Under the pieces are notes generated by a model. It was not told where the DNA came from and ran no database searches. It was given only the letters and a program-made list of their open reading frames with translations. The translations under genes and the position numbers were made by a program. A stretch of 64,000 bases of DNA from Octopus sinensis (lineage: Eukaryota): positions 60,326,001 through 60,390,000 of the forward strand of contig NC_043003.1 of assembly GCF_006345805.1 (NCBI RefSeq). Reading direction: 5' to 3'. Positions 49,823 through 63,842 of the stretch are shown in pieces (positions within the stretch are counted from its first letter, which is position 1; every line of letters starts with the position of its first letter).

Positions 49823-52800
49823 TTGTGGGACAGGGAACAAAAGTCATGCAAAATTGTGGGGTCAGCTGCCCAGTGAATGTGAATGTACAATCAAAAGTCC
49901 AGGTAAATGGAAACATTTTTGGCGAATTATTGCGGAAAATTCAACTCCTGTACCCTGACTATGAATTCTTATCTTAATCTATCGTCATAGGTGCATTAGT
50001 TTCTGTACTAATAGATTTGCGCGGAAACTTTGAAATACTCGATTTCAGGAAAAAGATCTAAAGAAACTGACGTAGATTCTCCAAATCCAATCTGTTAGTG
50101 GCATATTGAAGATTTTTAAGACATACCAAAAATTCTCCATCTGAGATTAAGTGAATGGATGCACACACTTGAATGTATGCATCGACAATTCAACCAATAC
50201 ACCAAATCAACCGCATATTTACAAACTTGGGTTCTTAACGAGTTGGTTTAGTAACGAGTAATTACTAACTTAAGTGTTACCCTGTCTCCTTAGCATTGCA
50301 GCAGATTTTCCCCCATATCTCAATGCCAGCAGACACCTATTTCATAGAATTTATAAGTGGTTCGGGTTTCGTTTTCTGTTTTTGTCTTGTCTTTGTTTTT
50401 GTTTATGACCTTAGTATTGTTATTTTTATTTTATTCTTGTATTTATAGACTTGGTGTGTGTCCTATCTTGCTTCCAAATATTTGTGGTTGGTAATCTTCC
50501 TTTTTACTCTGTATGGTTATGGTAAATTTCCATTGGTCAAATTCCGTTTTCCACGCCATTGTTTTGAGAGCAAGAGCATGTAGTTGGTACCTTTACTGAT
50601 TCTGTGGAATCTGTTAATGGTTTCTTTGTCAGCGCTTGACATAACTTCATGCTGCATTGAGTTGTTTTGCAAGATTTCTCTTTCAATAAAGTCGGCCTTC
50701 TTCTTGGCATTCATCAAGTTAAAGGGTGATGTTGCTCAAAAGTAAAATGAAATACGCTTTAGGATGAAAGTAAAAGTGTTAAGATAACAAATGTGTCTAA
50801 TAATTCTTCGTTATTTGTATATAGTTTCCAATGGAATTAGCAATGAAGTTCTGTGAGATTGTATAAAATGTGATGAGATAATAAAGCGAGATAATACAAG
50901 GAAAGGAAATATAAAGGAGATGGAATGTATAAATGTTGCTTAACTTGGGCCAGTGCTTATAGCAAAAAATAAAGATATATCTGATCAGAAAGTTACCATT
51001 GGTTTCGTGCCGACTGTTGTACTTCTCAACAGTGATGACTTTTCAGACATACTGGTCATAAACGCATTTCCTATGTGCTGCAGGCATATAGAAGCCTTAG
51101 GGACCTCGGTGATGGTAAAAAGATCCGGATAATAATAAAAAATATTTTCCTGGGTGGTGGGAAGGAAGAGGTATTTTCTCTGCATTGATGTTAGCCGTGG
51201 TTGAAGTATGTCAGTTGTTTGCACATACATGTGTGTCATTCCCTAATCCAAAAACGGAATCAGCCACACACATTGATAAAACAAATTTCCGCTGAAGGGC
51301 ATTATCTGAATATTTCGTTTTTGAATTCAGGAATACGTCCGAAATTCAGTACATGATCAGTTATATGCAATAACTAGTAACACCGCTCAGCGAGATACAT
51401 ACATACATACATACATACATACATACATACATACATACATACATACATACATACATACAGCACAAGGACGGATTTTTTTTTGTTAATTTATACATTACAT
51501 ATGCATGCATATGTCTAGACATATGTATTTTTCATATATATGCAATTTGTTGACATGTATCGGAGAATATTTATATAAATATTTCTTCTCAGTGTATATT
51601 TGTGCATGTGCGTAAGTATATTTTTGATTTCTGAGGTAAAGACATAAAATTTGCACACATTAGCACATTATCTAACTCGGCTTGAAATAGAATTGCCTAG
51701 AGCTGATGTGCCATATCATGCTATGATGTAAACTGAGTTCTATTATGAAGTAGCTCACAATAGTAAACATGTTTTGCCAGTGTTTCTACTCTCTAGTTGG
51801 AACATCTGTACCTGCAATCAGTCTAATTAGAAAATAACTGTACACTTGAAGGAGTCATATTCTATTTGTGTGAGATCTTAGATCTTGAATGTCATTTATC
51901 AAGCTGGCATTAATAAACGTAGTAATAATCATGTGTTAGCACCTATTCTATTCATACTGCCGCTGTGAAAAGTAATTTTTATTATCACTCAGTAACAATT
52001 AATAACATTCTGGGGGAAAAAAATATAAGATTCGCCCAAATTTATGAAACGTGAAGAAGGTGTAAAAAGAATGAACAAAGAGGGAATACATAATTATCGG
52101 GAATGCGACACAAGTGAATTCAGAATTAAAGTATTTGGGGATTTAATAGAAGCCAGAGGGATGAAAAGCTAAGTCAACACCGTCAGGATTTGAAGTCGGA
52201 AAGCCGTTCTCTTTCACAATCCTTCTGTCGCAAGCATGCACACACGTATACATAAATGCATGCGCACAAGTATGTTTATATCTATATTTACAAACATACA
52301 CACAAACATAAATTGATAGATTTATATTTTGCGCGCACATATATACTGTTTATGCGTTTATGAGGTGACGGTGGGGGTGCGCGCGCGCGCGTGTAAGTGT
52401 GTGTGTGTGTATGTGTGCACGTGCGTGTGTGTGCGTGACGGGTAGGTTGCGCATGTGTGTAAACATATCCTGCAGAAATTTTATTTCGCCAAACTATATG
52501 ATGGCATTTTGAACATATGAATTATTAGCGATAGCTTCCGGTCATACTTACCTCGGAATATGCGAAGTAGGATTTTTTTTTTTCTAAATGAAAACTGCTT
52601 ATGGTTAACCTTTTAATAATGCTTTCTTATATAAAGCATTTTTAAGCTCACTACATTGCTTCTGTGCCCAATTTTACTGATATAGGCGCAAACCCTCGAA
52701 ATAGCAATGATTTAGCATAGTGAGAGAATGTAATCTTTTGCTGCTCTGGGCAATTTCATCAAACTGAAATTCATTGCTCTCACTATGCAAACCTATCGTT

Positions 52801-53735
52801 TTTTATTAGAAGTTCCATACAGAGACGTATGATCAAACATGTCTTAGTGACTGCTAATATTTGTATCATTTTTATTAATATATTTTTTTTTTTTTTCATA
52901 ATTAGTTTTTGGAATGTATTCAATCAGGCTAAGGGCGAAAATGTTTAGTTTAAAAAAAATATTTATTGATTCAGCCAAACCTTGAAGTGTTTTGTTGCAT
53001 GGTTCTAATTTCTTGGAGAAGAGCAACTTTATTGTAAAAACAACATAAAGGCGGCGTGAAAGTCGGTACTGAATTTATTCACAGATTCCGAAGCCGTGTC
53101 CCTTACGGCTATGGACTCGTCTATTTCTAGCCTCTGCCAAATATAATTAAAAATGTTATATCGTTTAAAATATTTTGAAGAACAAGAATATTGTTTTTCT
53201 AAAATTATATAACCTTTTACTTTTTAATACAAGCTATTTCTATCCAATAATTTCCTTTGTTTTTATTCATTTGTAATTAATTTTTTCAGTTTTTATCACT
53301 TTATTACAACGACCTTTTTACTGTAATATAGTTTTGTTGATCTCATGTCATCCTATATTTATATCTTATATGATTTCCTCACCTTCTTTCTACATCAATA
53401 ATTCCTATTGACCAAGTAGACCGTCAAAAACATCTTCCATACCACGATTCTTTAGCTGTTTGTCGCTTACAGTGTGCATACACGTTCGTACACGCGCACA
53501 TACATACACACACATATACACACACGTGCATACACATACATACACACGCACGCACGTACACATATATATATATACACACAGATGATTTCCAACTTGTTTT
53601 CAGACATGGGCGTGTTATCAAGAAACCCGGCCTGCAACCACAAGATTCTGGGCAAAGTCCTTCTACACGGCACCCCAAGCAAATGTCCCCCACTACCTAC
53701 ACATCTATGTACATACATTTATATATGTTTGCATA

Positions 53736-53888
53736 AGGCGTGTTTGTTGAGTAAAAATGATTCTTCCCAACAACACGGTCCCGGGATCAGTGCCACTTCG
53801 TGAAACCTTGGTCAAGTGTTATCTACTATATCCCTAGGCCTACCAAAGCCTTGTGAATAGATTGGTAGACGGAATCTGAAAGAAGCCC

Positions 53889-53949
<61 letters not shown>

Positions 53950-54205
53950 CACACACACATATGTCTTTGTATGTATGTGTGTGTGTGTGGTGTGTGTGTG
54001 TGTGTGTGCTCATTATGTGTGTCTTTCTTTATCTATGTGTGTATGTGAGTGTGTTGTGTGTGGTTTTTGTGTACGTGTTTGTCCCCATCACCGGTTCACA
54101 ACCGTTGGTCGTGCTGGGGCCGATTCATTCGAATAAAAGATCGTCGAGGCGGTACTCCAGCATGGCTGCAGTCTAATGACTGAAACAAGTGAAGCATAAA
54201 AGATA

Positions 54206-54208
<3 letters not shown>
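53736..54208 (+). mobile_element. Diverged full-length SINE family B
   Basis: AAACCTTGGTCAAGTG, CAAAGCCTTGTGAATAGATTGGTAGACGG, CCAGCATGGCTGCAGTCTAATGACTGAAACAAG. Confidence 0.7.
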
Positions 54209-54268
<60 letters not shown>

Positions 54269-54597
54269 CACACAAATATAATAAGCCCTCGACACAAGTT
54301 GATAAGTTAGTATTTAATAACACGCACACACTCTCTTCATAACTTGATTTCGTGAACACGTTCTGCATTAAATAATAGTTGATATAAGCCAATTGTTGTT
54401 CATCAATATTTCTCCATTTTCCCTTTTCTTTAAATTTTGATTCTCGATAAACCCAGGATTGTCTTTGTCTTTACCTATAATTTATGAGCGTAATATGTTT
54501 GCATATGTATGCCCATGGTTAAACATAGCTGATATACCAGTAGTATAATAGATACTTCTATCCCTTAGACGGTTATTTTAGCCTCTAAGTCAGCTAA

Positions 54598-54640
<43 letters not shown>

Positions 54641-54994
54641 GATCAAAGGAGATACTAAGTATGTCTACCTACTGGAAATAATAGTCAAAAATCTTATTTT
54701 AATTGCCAAAATACACTGATATTAACTACAGAAATCAACCGTCCGAAGGCAAACGGGCTAAGACAATCTCTCAGCATACATTCAAGTATTTGGACTCACA
54801 TGGACCGGTTTCTGCACTGGCATAATAGCCTCACCCTCTTCATTGCGCGTTACAATGATAGACCCTCTTCTCACAATCAAAGCACTAGGACATCAATAAT
54901 ACTGAAGATATGAATATTCAGACTTTATTAAAATCGAATTTGATTCTTATATAATTCCTTTAAATGCTACTGATTCGTTTTTCGCCAAAATTAT

Positions 54995-55073
<79 letters not shown>

Positions 55074-57310
55074 ATATATATAGATAGATATATAGGTATT
55101 TATGTGTTTATGTGTGTATTTTGGTTGTAATATTTGTAGTGATTCTAAATGACCAATACATACTTTTGGGTCACCGTCCTTACAATAATTCTTGAGTTTT
55201 AGGGGAATATTCTTCAGAATAGTGTAAAAGAAACGTTCGCTTCATCAATCTAGAAGAGGCTATCGCAATCAGCACGATCGTTAGAAACAGCATTAGAAAA
55301 CAGTAATAGCAACAAATCTATAACAATGTGTAAATATTTTGAAAATCCTAGCATTAAAGCTGTAAGCACCATATATTCTCTTAAATTTAATTGTTCTTAT
55401 CAACTCATGTTATTTCCCTTATAATATGTCAGAAATCAAAGAAATACAAATGGAAATTAAGCAGAAGCCCCTAACAATGTTTCCCTTTTTATTGTTACTA
55501 AAAATATTGTTTTGAAGTTTGTTGCGGAGGAATCGTAAGTAAATAAATATAGAAGGGAGGAAGAAAATTAGAGAAACTAGACGAGGGAAACGACCAGCGC
55601 CTTCAAATGATTTAACTCTGATAACTTTAGCATCATATGTTTCGCGTAAATAACTGGAAGGTGTAATGATTTTCAGTCTATCAATGTTGCGAATATTTAA
55701 ACCTTATTAATATGTACTGTTTAGGATTATTTGTAAACCTCAAAATGATTTATGTAGAAGTCATATTTTCTCTGACAATACCTTATATCTAGGCTTTTAA
55801 TTTCTTATTTGATGAATTAATTTGCCAGTTTTCTTGACTTAATTTCCTTCTTTTTTTTTGCGCTTGAATTCTCAGTTTTAAAAAAATTAAATGTAAGATA
55901 AGGCGAAGGTTTTTGTTTCAACTTTGAAAGCAAGTATAATTTTGCAGAAACTTGTAAAGTGGAGATATTTCTTGTGATAAAAAGGTAAAACCTAATTTTC
56001 TGAAGGCTTTCTGATATTATTGTATTGCGAAACGAAATTACTATGAATAATCAATCCATTTGTTTGTTTGTTTTGTATTCTTTCTTACTTTTAACGCCTT
56101 TGATGAAAAATAAACACAGCCGGAATAAAAAGCATCTAAAACTAAAAGCTATCAAATCAATCAATACAGGAAATTCCTTGCGATTACTTGACATCCAAGT
56201 ATGAGCCATTAACCACGCTCTCAAGAAGGGTCTTCAGATTTCTTTGAAAAAACGTTTCATAGACCGTCTATTGTTTATTTGCTTGCGGCAGTTCTTAGTC
56301 AGAATATTTGTAAATTGCATTGTTTTGCCTGATAGAGAAAAAAAAAACAACAAATACATAAAAACATTATCTTTCGACCAACTTCCTTTCTTGCACTATC
56401 ACGTGTCAGTTCTATGTTTATACGGTAATCGAAGCAACATTCTACTTCCTTTGTAGGAATTAATCAGTTCTGATTAGACTGGGGTGTGCAGAGAAGTGTT
56501 TATGCAAGGATTACGGATAGGGTTGTCACAACACTCTGACAATTCAGGATTAATAGACATTGTGCTAAAATACAAAACACTTGCTTAAATTATATTTTAA
56601 TAAAATTCTGAGTATAGAACAATGCGGAAAGAAAAGATAGCTATCTTTCTAGCTTATAGAGACGCTATTAAGCAAAGTATCTGTAGAAAAGTAACAACTA
56701 TTTCATCGTTTGCTTTCATTGTTTTTAAACAATAAGAATACAGAGCGGCTAATACAAGAAACCATGTTTTAAATCTATAAACACCATTTTGCTTTCAAAC
56801 ACAGTTATGCTTATATACACTTTTGTTCTAAATGAATGTTTTTAAAATATTTTCTTTTGTGTGCATTAAAGTAACGATGAATATTATCTATAGACGTCTT
56901 TTGTTTGCGAAGAGAAAGAAGGAAATCAAACATTTATTGCTAAGACATTCATATTTATGTATGCTTGCATGCCTGCGTGCGTGCGCGTGCAAATTTGGAG
57001 GAAGGAGAATATCCAAAAATATGGGCACCTTCAGTAAATTTAGACTAAGTAATTATATAATTGGTTTATTGCTCATATTTCCTGAGATTAATTGTTGTCT
57101 TCATACGAGAAAACGATGTTCATTTCTTCTCCTACGAATATGAATTGGTTTCAAATTTTGGCACAAGACCAGCAATTTTGAGGGGTGGGTAAGTCAATTA
57201 CATCGACCCTCTTAATTAACCGGTGCTTATTTTATAGATACCGAAAGGATGAAAGACAAAGTCGACCCCAGTGGCATTTGAACTCAGGAAACAAAAAAGT
57301 CGTTAGAAAT

Positions 57311-57825
57311 ACCACGCTCCTCATACCCAAATCTTTAGTGATAATGGACTGAACTGCACCGTAACTAATCTGCACATCCTCTGATAACTCATGGATGGTG
57401 ATTCGACGATTTCCCTTCACAGTTGCATTCACATCCGTAATATTTTTTTCTCAGTTCTGCTGGTTGCGGATCATCCAGAACGTTCATCAATATCGACATT
57501 TTTTCGGCCATGTTGGAAACATCTCAACCACTCCTACACTTGTGTAGTTCTTATACACCTTTCTCCATACACTTTCTGCAACTTTGCACAGACTTCTGAG
57601 CAGGTATCGCCATGACAACTTTCTCTGTTATAGTCAATACGACGATTAAACGCTACACACCTCCCTTCCAAAACACTGCTGTAATAGCGGAAGTGAGTTA
57701 GAACGTTAAAAATTAGTGCGCATGCATAGCAGACTTTGTGGTCAATCTGTGCTAAGCGGCTTCATCTTGTGTGATTTAGCTTCGTTACTACGGCAACAGT
57801 CCGGATATTTGTTGATCAGACCTCG
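57311..57825 (-). mobile_element. Mariner transposon 5' fragment (TIR plus N-terminal HTH pseudogene)
   Basis: TA|CGAGGTCTGATCAACAAATATCCGGAC TIR. Translation EWLRCFQHGRKNVDIDERSG..DVNATVKGNRRITIHELSEDVQISYGAVQSIITKDLGMRSV. Confidence 0.8.
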
Positions 57826-58512
57826 TATATATGAAGTCGATATATCAATTGCATTATAGGGCCAATGATAACTATCAAGTTAACCAGATATTTCAGAATT
57901 ATACATTACTAGCGGGACCCGTGAATATTTCATGGAATTTATGGTAACCTTATTGGGTTACTTCTGAAAACTTCATCCAAAAAACATGAAAGCGTAACTG
58001 TGTTGCATCCGTATAGAAACATAGCCGCTCATCTGCTACTCATTGAAAAATGAAAGCAATTGGAATACGATGATTACTTAATGCACTTTATATATTCACT
58101 TTATATACTTTAAGCACAATTTCATAGACTAAATACACAGCACTCATAAAATGAACACTCACTCATATTTATAATAAAACATATCCTGTACATATGATAC
58201 AATCTTTAATTGAATTGCATATATCATCCACGTAAATAAGCGTGAACATTTCACGGAATTGCACTTATGCGCATGCTTTAAGTGATATAAAAAAAACTTA
58301 GTTTAATTTAAAAGTAAACTTTTCACTATCCAGTCACCACTACCAGTTTCATCTCCATCACCAACACCACCACCACCAACATCATCATCATCTGTCTCCC
58401 CTCATCTCTGCCTTTCTTTAACCTCACCATCAGAACATCACTCCTCTGCTAAAATTATTATGTTCCCATTATCTCACGTCATGGACGCTTCTCTCTCCCT
58501 TTTTCCCTATCC

Positions 58513-58551
<39 letters not shown>

Positions 58552-59544
58552 TGTCCTTCTTTCTGTCTCACTCTTCGCTTTATCCTCTTTTTCCCTCTCC
58601 TTTTTCTTCTCGTCTCCTTCCCTTCAACTAATCACGTGAAAGCGTTACAATTACATTCCCTCTACTTCACATCATGGACGCTTCTCTCTCTCCCTTATTT
58701 TCCACTCTCCCTCTTTTCCTCAGACGGGCTAAGTAACGCAATTAATTATTATCAGATTCTGTGTGGTATGATTGTACAGCCAGCTATACCGAACCAGCGA
58801 AGGCTGCGTTTTAACACGTGACTGAAGGCTGCAACTATGACACGGTACAGGGTTGAGTGGTGGAAACAAATTTTATATAAACGAACAGTCTGTCGCCTCA
58901 GTAGACTTCCATTTTCATTTAACACGTATTTCATTAAATATGATATATTTTTTGTGGCAAGGTACATTTTCCCACGCGCAAAAATCGATTGAATCACTTC
59001 CAGGATATTAATTAATGGGGTTTTGTTTTGCTTTGCTAGTCTTTTTGTTTTTACGCGAATCTCGAAGTTCAACATATCTTTGTTACGTTAAGTAGACAAA
59101 ATATTTCATCGGCAATCGATTTAGTAGACATGACAATCGATTAACAATTGATTGACAAGATAATTGATTGGAAATTTACGCGCCAAATTGATTGAATTCA
59201 CTCCAAGGTATTAATTAATTTGTTTACGAGTCTCAGAGGTTTAGTTATTTTTTTCACTGCATCAAATAGATAAGAAAACTTTCACCAAGGCTAAATGTTA
59301 GTATATTTCAGCAGAAATGTTATCATTCTGTCTACGTAATGTCACGTGCATTGTATTAAATATAGTGTCCATCATATAACTTTATGAAGCACAAAGACGC
59401 CAAAGTAATTAACGTTTGTGGAGTAATAAACAATTACCGTTTGGTCGTTACTATACTTTTAACGCTGATGAAGCAAAGCTAAAATTAAATGCATGTAGGT
59501 CGAAATTTATGATTCTTTGTTTAACGTATGATATAACCAATTGT

Positions 59545-60087
59545 GGAGGCGCGTGGCTTAGTGGTTAGGGTGTCAGCACCATGATCGTAAGATTGTGGTT
59601 TCGATTCCTGGACCGGGCGACGCGTTGTGTTCTTGAGCAAAATACATTTCACGTTGCTCCAGTCCACTCAGCTGGCAAAAATGAGTAACGCTTCGATGGA
59701 CTGGCGTCCCGTCCAGCTGATGGGGAACACATACGCCACAGGAACCGGGAAACCGAGTCCATGAGCCTGGCTAGGCTTTAAAAGGGCGCATTTTTTGTGG
59801 ATGCGCAATGGCCTAGTGGTTAGGGCATAGGACTCGCGGTTTCGATTCCCAGACCGAGCGTTGTGTGTGTTTATTGGGCGAAAACACCTAAAAGCACCAC
59901 GATGCTCCGGCAGAGGGTGGTGGCGACCCCTGTTGTACTCTTTCGCCACAACTTTCTCTCATTCTCTCTTCCTCTTTCTTGAGTAACGCTGCGATGGACT
60001 GGCGTCCTGTCCAGCTGGTGGGGAACACATACGCCACAGAAACCGGGAGACTGGGTCCATGAGTCTGGTTAGGCTTGAAAAGGGCGA
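59545..60087 (+). mobile_element. Dimer of two different tRNA-derived SINEs sharing one 3' tail, inside a 13-bp TSD
   Basis: Heads at 59545 and 59799. Shared GAGTAACGC..GATGGACTGGCGTCC..AAAGGGCG tails. TATGATATAACCA at 59527-59539 and 60109-60121. Confidence 0.75.
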
Positions 60088-60491
60088 CGTTTATCGTTTT
60101 TTTACTTTTATGATATAACCAGGCAAGCATCATTCTATATGCGAATACCTCTTACCATTTTGAATGGATGGTGGGGAATAATTTAAAAGAGACTGGCTGT
60201 TAACTCCAAAGAGTAGCAACTGCTTAGAGCTCCACCTTTTGGTTCGCGATATGATTTGCTTTTCCTTTTCTTTCCCAATAATCTTAATATTTTGCCTATC
60301 ATGGAAGTTCACTGGTGGGCCTCTGTCCTATATTCTTGACTATGGGAGTCACCATTGACCCCCAAAGCTGATGATTATATTACTGTAGTTCAAATTAAAT
60401 TATTCAAACTTTAGTAAATGTACAGAATTCAGCAATCAGAAAGTTGCTAATCATTGTCATTTCCGAAATTAGTGGGGCTGCTCTCTATTAT

Positions 60492-60727
60492 TTGTTTCCG
60501 TCATTTGACTGCGGCCATGCTGGAGCAACGCCTTTAGTCGAACAAATCGACCCCAGTACTTATTCTATCGTTCTCTTTTGCCGAACCACTAAGTAAACGT
60601 AACTTAGCGGTTCGGCAAAAGAGACCGATAGAATAAGTACTAGGCTTACAAAGAATAAGTCCTGGGATCGATTTGCTCGACTAAAGGTAGTGATCCAGCA
60701 TGGCCAAAGTCAAATGACTGAAACAAG
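60492..60727. repeat. Fold-back made of two inverted SINE-B 3' halves
   Basis: Left arm 60492-60594 (minus), right arm 60602-60727 (plus), ~7-nt loop. Confidence 0.85.
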
Positions 60728-60733
60728 TAAAAG

Positions 60734-60769
<36 letters not shown>

Positions 60770-60770
<1 letters not shown>

Positions 60771-60956
60771 GGAAAGTTTACGAAACTAAACAAAAGACGA
60801 AGGCAAGTGGAGTACAAACAAACAAATGTGTTAGTATATCGTTCAGGAATAGAAAAAGTCTTTTACGTTTCGAACCAACGCTCTTCGACAGAAATATACA
60901 CAGAAAAAAACAAGGAGAGAAAAAAATGCGTGTAGGAGCTAACGATCTATCATGGC

Positions 60957-60960
<4 letters not shown>
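60770..60960 (-). mobile_element. Second copy of the ~190-bp hammerhead-variant repeat (motif at 60859-60895)
   Basis: ATTT CTGTCGA A GAGC GTTG GTTC GAAA CGTA AAAGA. Confidence 0.65.
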
Positions 60961-61135
<175 letters not shown>

Positions 61136-62129
61136 CGCAAGAGAATATAGCATATAGCGCAACTTGGGTTTGGTTGTCAAAGTTTTAAAGAAACAGTTTG
61201 TTAAATATCTAAATGAAGATAGTGATATGATAGTCAGTTTGGTATCTACGTAGTTTGATAATGCTGAATCACATATCTAAACCATTCTCATTAGTTCTTT
61301 TGCTTCCTTGATTATTTTCCACCACTGAATATTCTATATCCGGTTTTTATAGCTCTGAATTGCCAATTCCATAGTCACATATAATTGGAAGTTATCAGTT
61401 GGATACAATGTTAACATTCTCTATTTGAAAAATAAAAGATACCCTGTTGTTGCCATTAGAGAGGTCAAGAAATGGCTGACAATCACTATTTTTCTTTGCC
61501 TAAATTGGACGTTGCGTGCGATTTCGGTAACCAACTAAATGCAATTTTTCACACGAAAACAGAAAGCTTTGATCGATGACATTTCCCCTTGAAGAAAAAA
61601 AAAAAAAATACGAAAAGAGAAGAAAGGAAAATATATTGATTTGCGTTTTTCTCGCTGATACATTCATCATTCATATTAATTTTTAAAAAATACTCTCTAC
61701 TACCGTTCAGATGGTTACGCTATATCTTTTTTTCATTCGATTTCAGATGTATTATTATGAAAGTCTGACACGCGCGTGCACTCATGCACTTGTATATATA
61801 TATATATATATATATACACTGTGTGTGAGTATGCGTCTGTGTGTGTGCGTATGCGTGTATGTGTGTGTCTACACAAGCTTGCTCTATTTTGCTATTTATC
61901 TGAGATACTACCCAAACATTACACACATAGATACGGATATAAACGCACAACCTCGTAAATGCAGACATGCACACCCATACATATACAGAAACAGAGAGAA
62001 GAGTGAGAGGGACAGACAGACAGGCAAAGACGGGAATGCTAATAATTTCCCAATGTTCTTAGTCAGAACGCACTACAGAGCTGTGGAGAAATGGTCGTGA
62101 ACACATACATACATGCGTACACACACACG

Positions 62130-62207
<78 letters not shown>

Positions 62208-62236
62208 TGTGTGTGTGTGTGTGGTGTGTATGTATA

Positions 62237-63045
62237 CTATATTAAATCTCTGAGCAAGATATAAGCAGTAGCAATACGGAATCGTAATATATAATTGCCA
62301 ACCAAGTGTGGCGTCCTATACAGGACAGTGCTACTGATGTTTATAGCCCCAGGAAGACATCTTTTTCAGCTGGCTAACGATACACGTTCTGTGTCCGATT
62401 AGTATATGCGATGGGAGGTCATCGCACTCGTCTCTACCCGTACGTGATACACAAGGACCCGAGTTTCTGGGAGGTAACCCGTCCTCAGCGTGATTTAATC
62501 ACAAGCTAGGGTTGAAAACTTACCCCACTCGCAAAATACTATATGCTTTTGTTCCAGCGACGAACCGTCGCTGATCTCAAAAAGGAGAAATAAGCTATAT
62601 TAAATCTCTGAGCGAGATATAAACAGTAGCAATTGAAAATCGTAACGTATAATTGCCAACCAAGTGTGGTGTCCTATACAGGCCAGTACTACTGACGTTT
62701 ATAGCCCCATGAAGACATATGTTCCATTTGGCTAACAACACACATTTTTCGAGATTAGTGACAGTTTGTCCCTGGAAAAAGCATATAGTCTTTTGCGAGT
62801 GGAATGCGTTTTCGTCACTAGATTCTGATTAACACATGCTGAGGATTGGTAACCTCCCAGAAACTCGAGTCCGTGTGAATCACGTAAGGCTAGAGATGGG
62901 AGCATTGACCTCCCCTCGCTTATACCAATCGGACACAGAACGTCTGTCGTTAGCCAGCTGGAATAGATGTCTTCCTAGGGCTATAAACGTCAGTAGCACT
63001 GTCCTGTATAGGACGCCACAATTGGTTGTGAATTATATGTTACGA
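62237..63045. mobile_element. Cluster of a ~358-bp hammerhead-containing repeat: 1.4 tandem monomers (minus) plus one inverted copy (plus)
   Basis: CTATATTAAATCTCTGAGC at 62237 and 62595 (period 358). Inverted homolog at 62745-63045. Hammerheads at 62449-62493 (minus) and 62833-62877 (plus). Confidence 0.75.
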
Positions 63046-63046
63046 T

Positions 63047-63089
<43 letters not shown>

Positions 63090-63118
63090 ATGTATATATA
63101 TATATATGTATATATAGG

Positions 63119-63151
<33 letters not shown>

Positions 63152-63196
63152 CTGTGTGTGTATGTGTATATATATATGTATATATATGTATGTATG

Positions 63197-63228
<32 letters not shown>

Positions 63229-63777
63229 TATAATATATATATATATATAATATATATATAGTGCGTTTGTGTGTGTGTGTGTGTTTGTGTATATCTCTAT
63301 ATTATAAATCTGAAATGCGAAAAATTTTTTGTTTGGTTTTGGCATTGGAACGGGTTAAGTGGAACTAGATCCGGTCGGACTCGCTCCAAAATTTACAGAG
63401 TCATGTAAAAAGAGGCGAGGATGCGAGTGGCCTAGGTTTGAAAATCCTTATCTCAAAAGCTGTGGTTACTAGGGCAATAAATCACTTTGAAAGTGTGTGT
63501 TTCTCTCTTTCTCTTATCTGCCTGTCTTATCCGCTCTATCTTCTATTCTCAATCTCTATCTTTCTTCCCCTTCCTTCAATTATCTCTTATAACGACGTTT
63601 TGACAGCTTCGCCGTCTCTCTGTCACTCTTACCCCCCATCTCTCTCACTGTAATTCTGTCTCTATAGAGAGAAAGCGTGACAGTAGAACAGTTTAATATT
63701 CCGTCTTTTAGAACGGTGCTGATTATTATCGTCCACCACCATCGCGCAATCATAACGTATTATTATCATTATATGTG

Positions 63778-63842
<65 letters not shown>

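Noticed and set aside
50517-51320. GC-richer patch with ORFs 50517-50717 and 50985-51239 as host exons
   Set aside because: No recognisable motifs, weak splice sites, stops in candidate frames.
59462-59505. CTGATGA AGC AAA GCT AAAA hammerhead-like motif
   Set aside because: GAAA and stems I and III are not satisfied.
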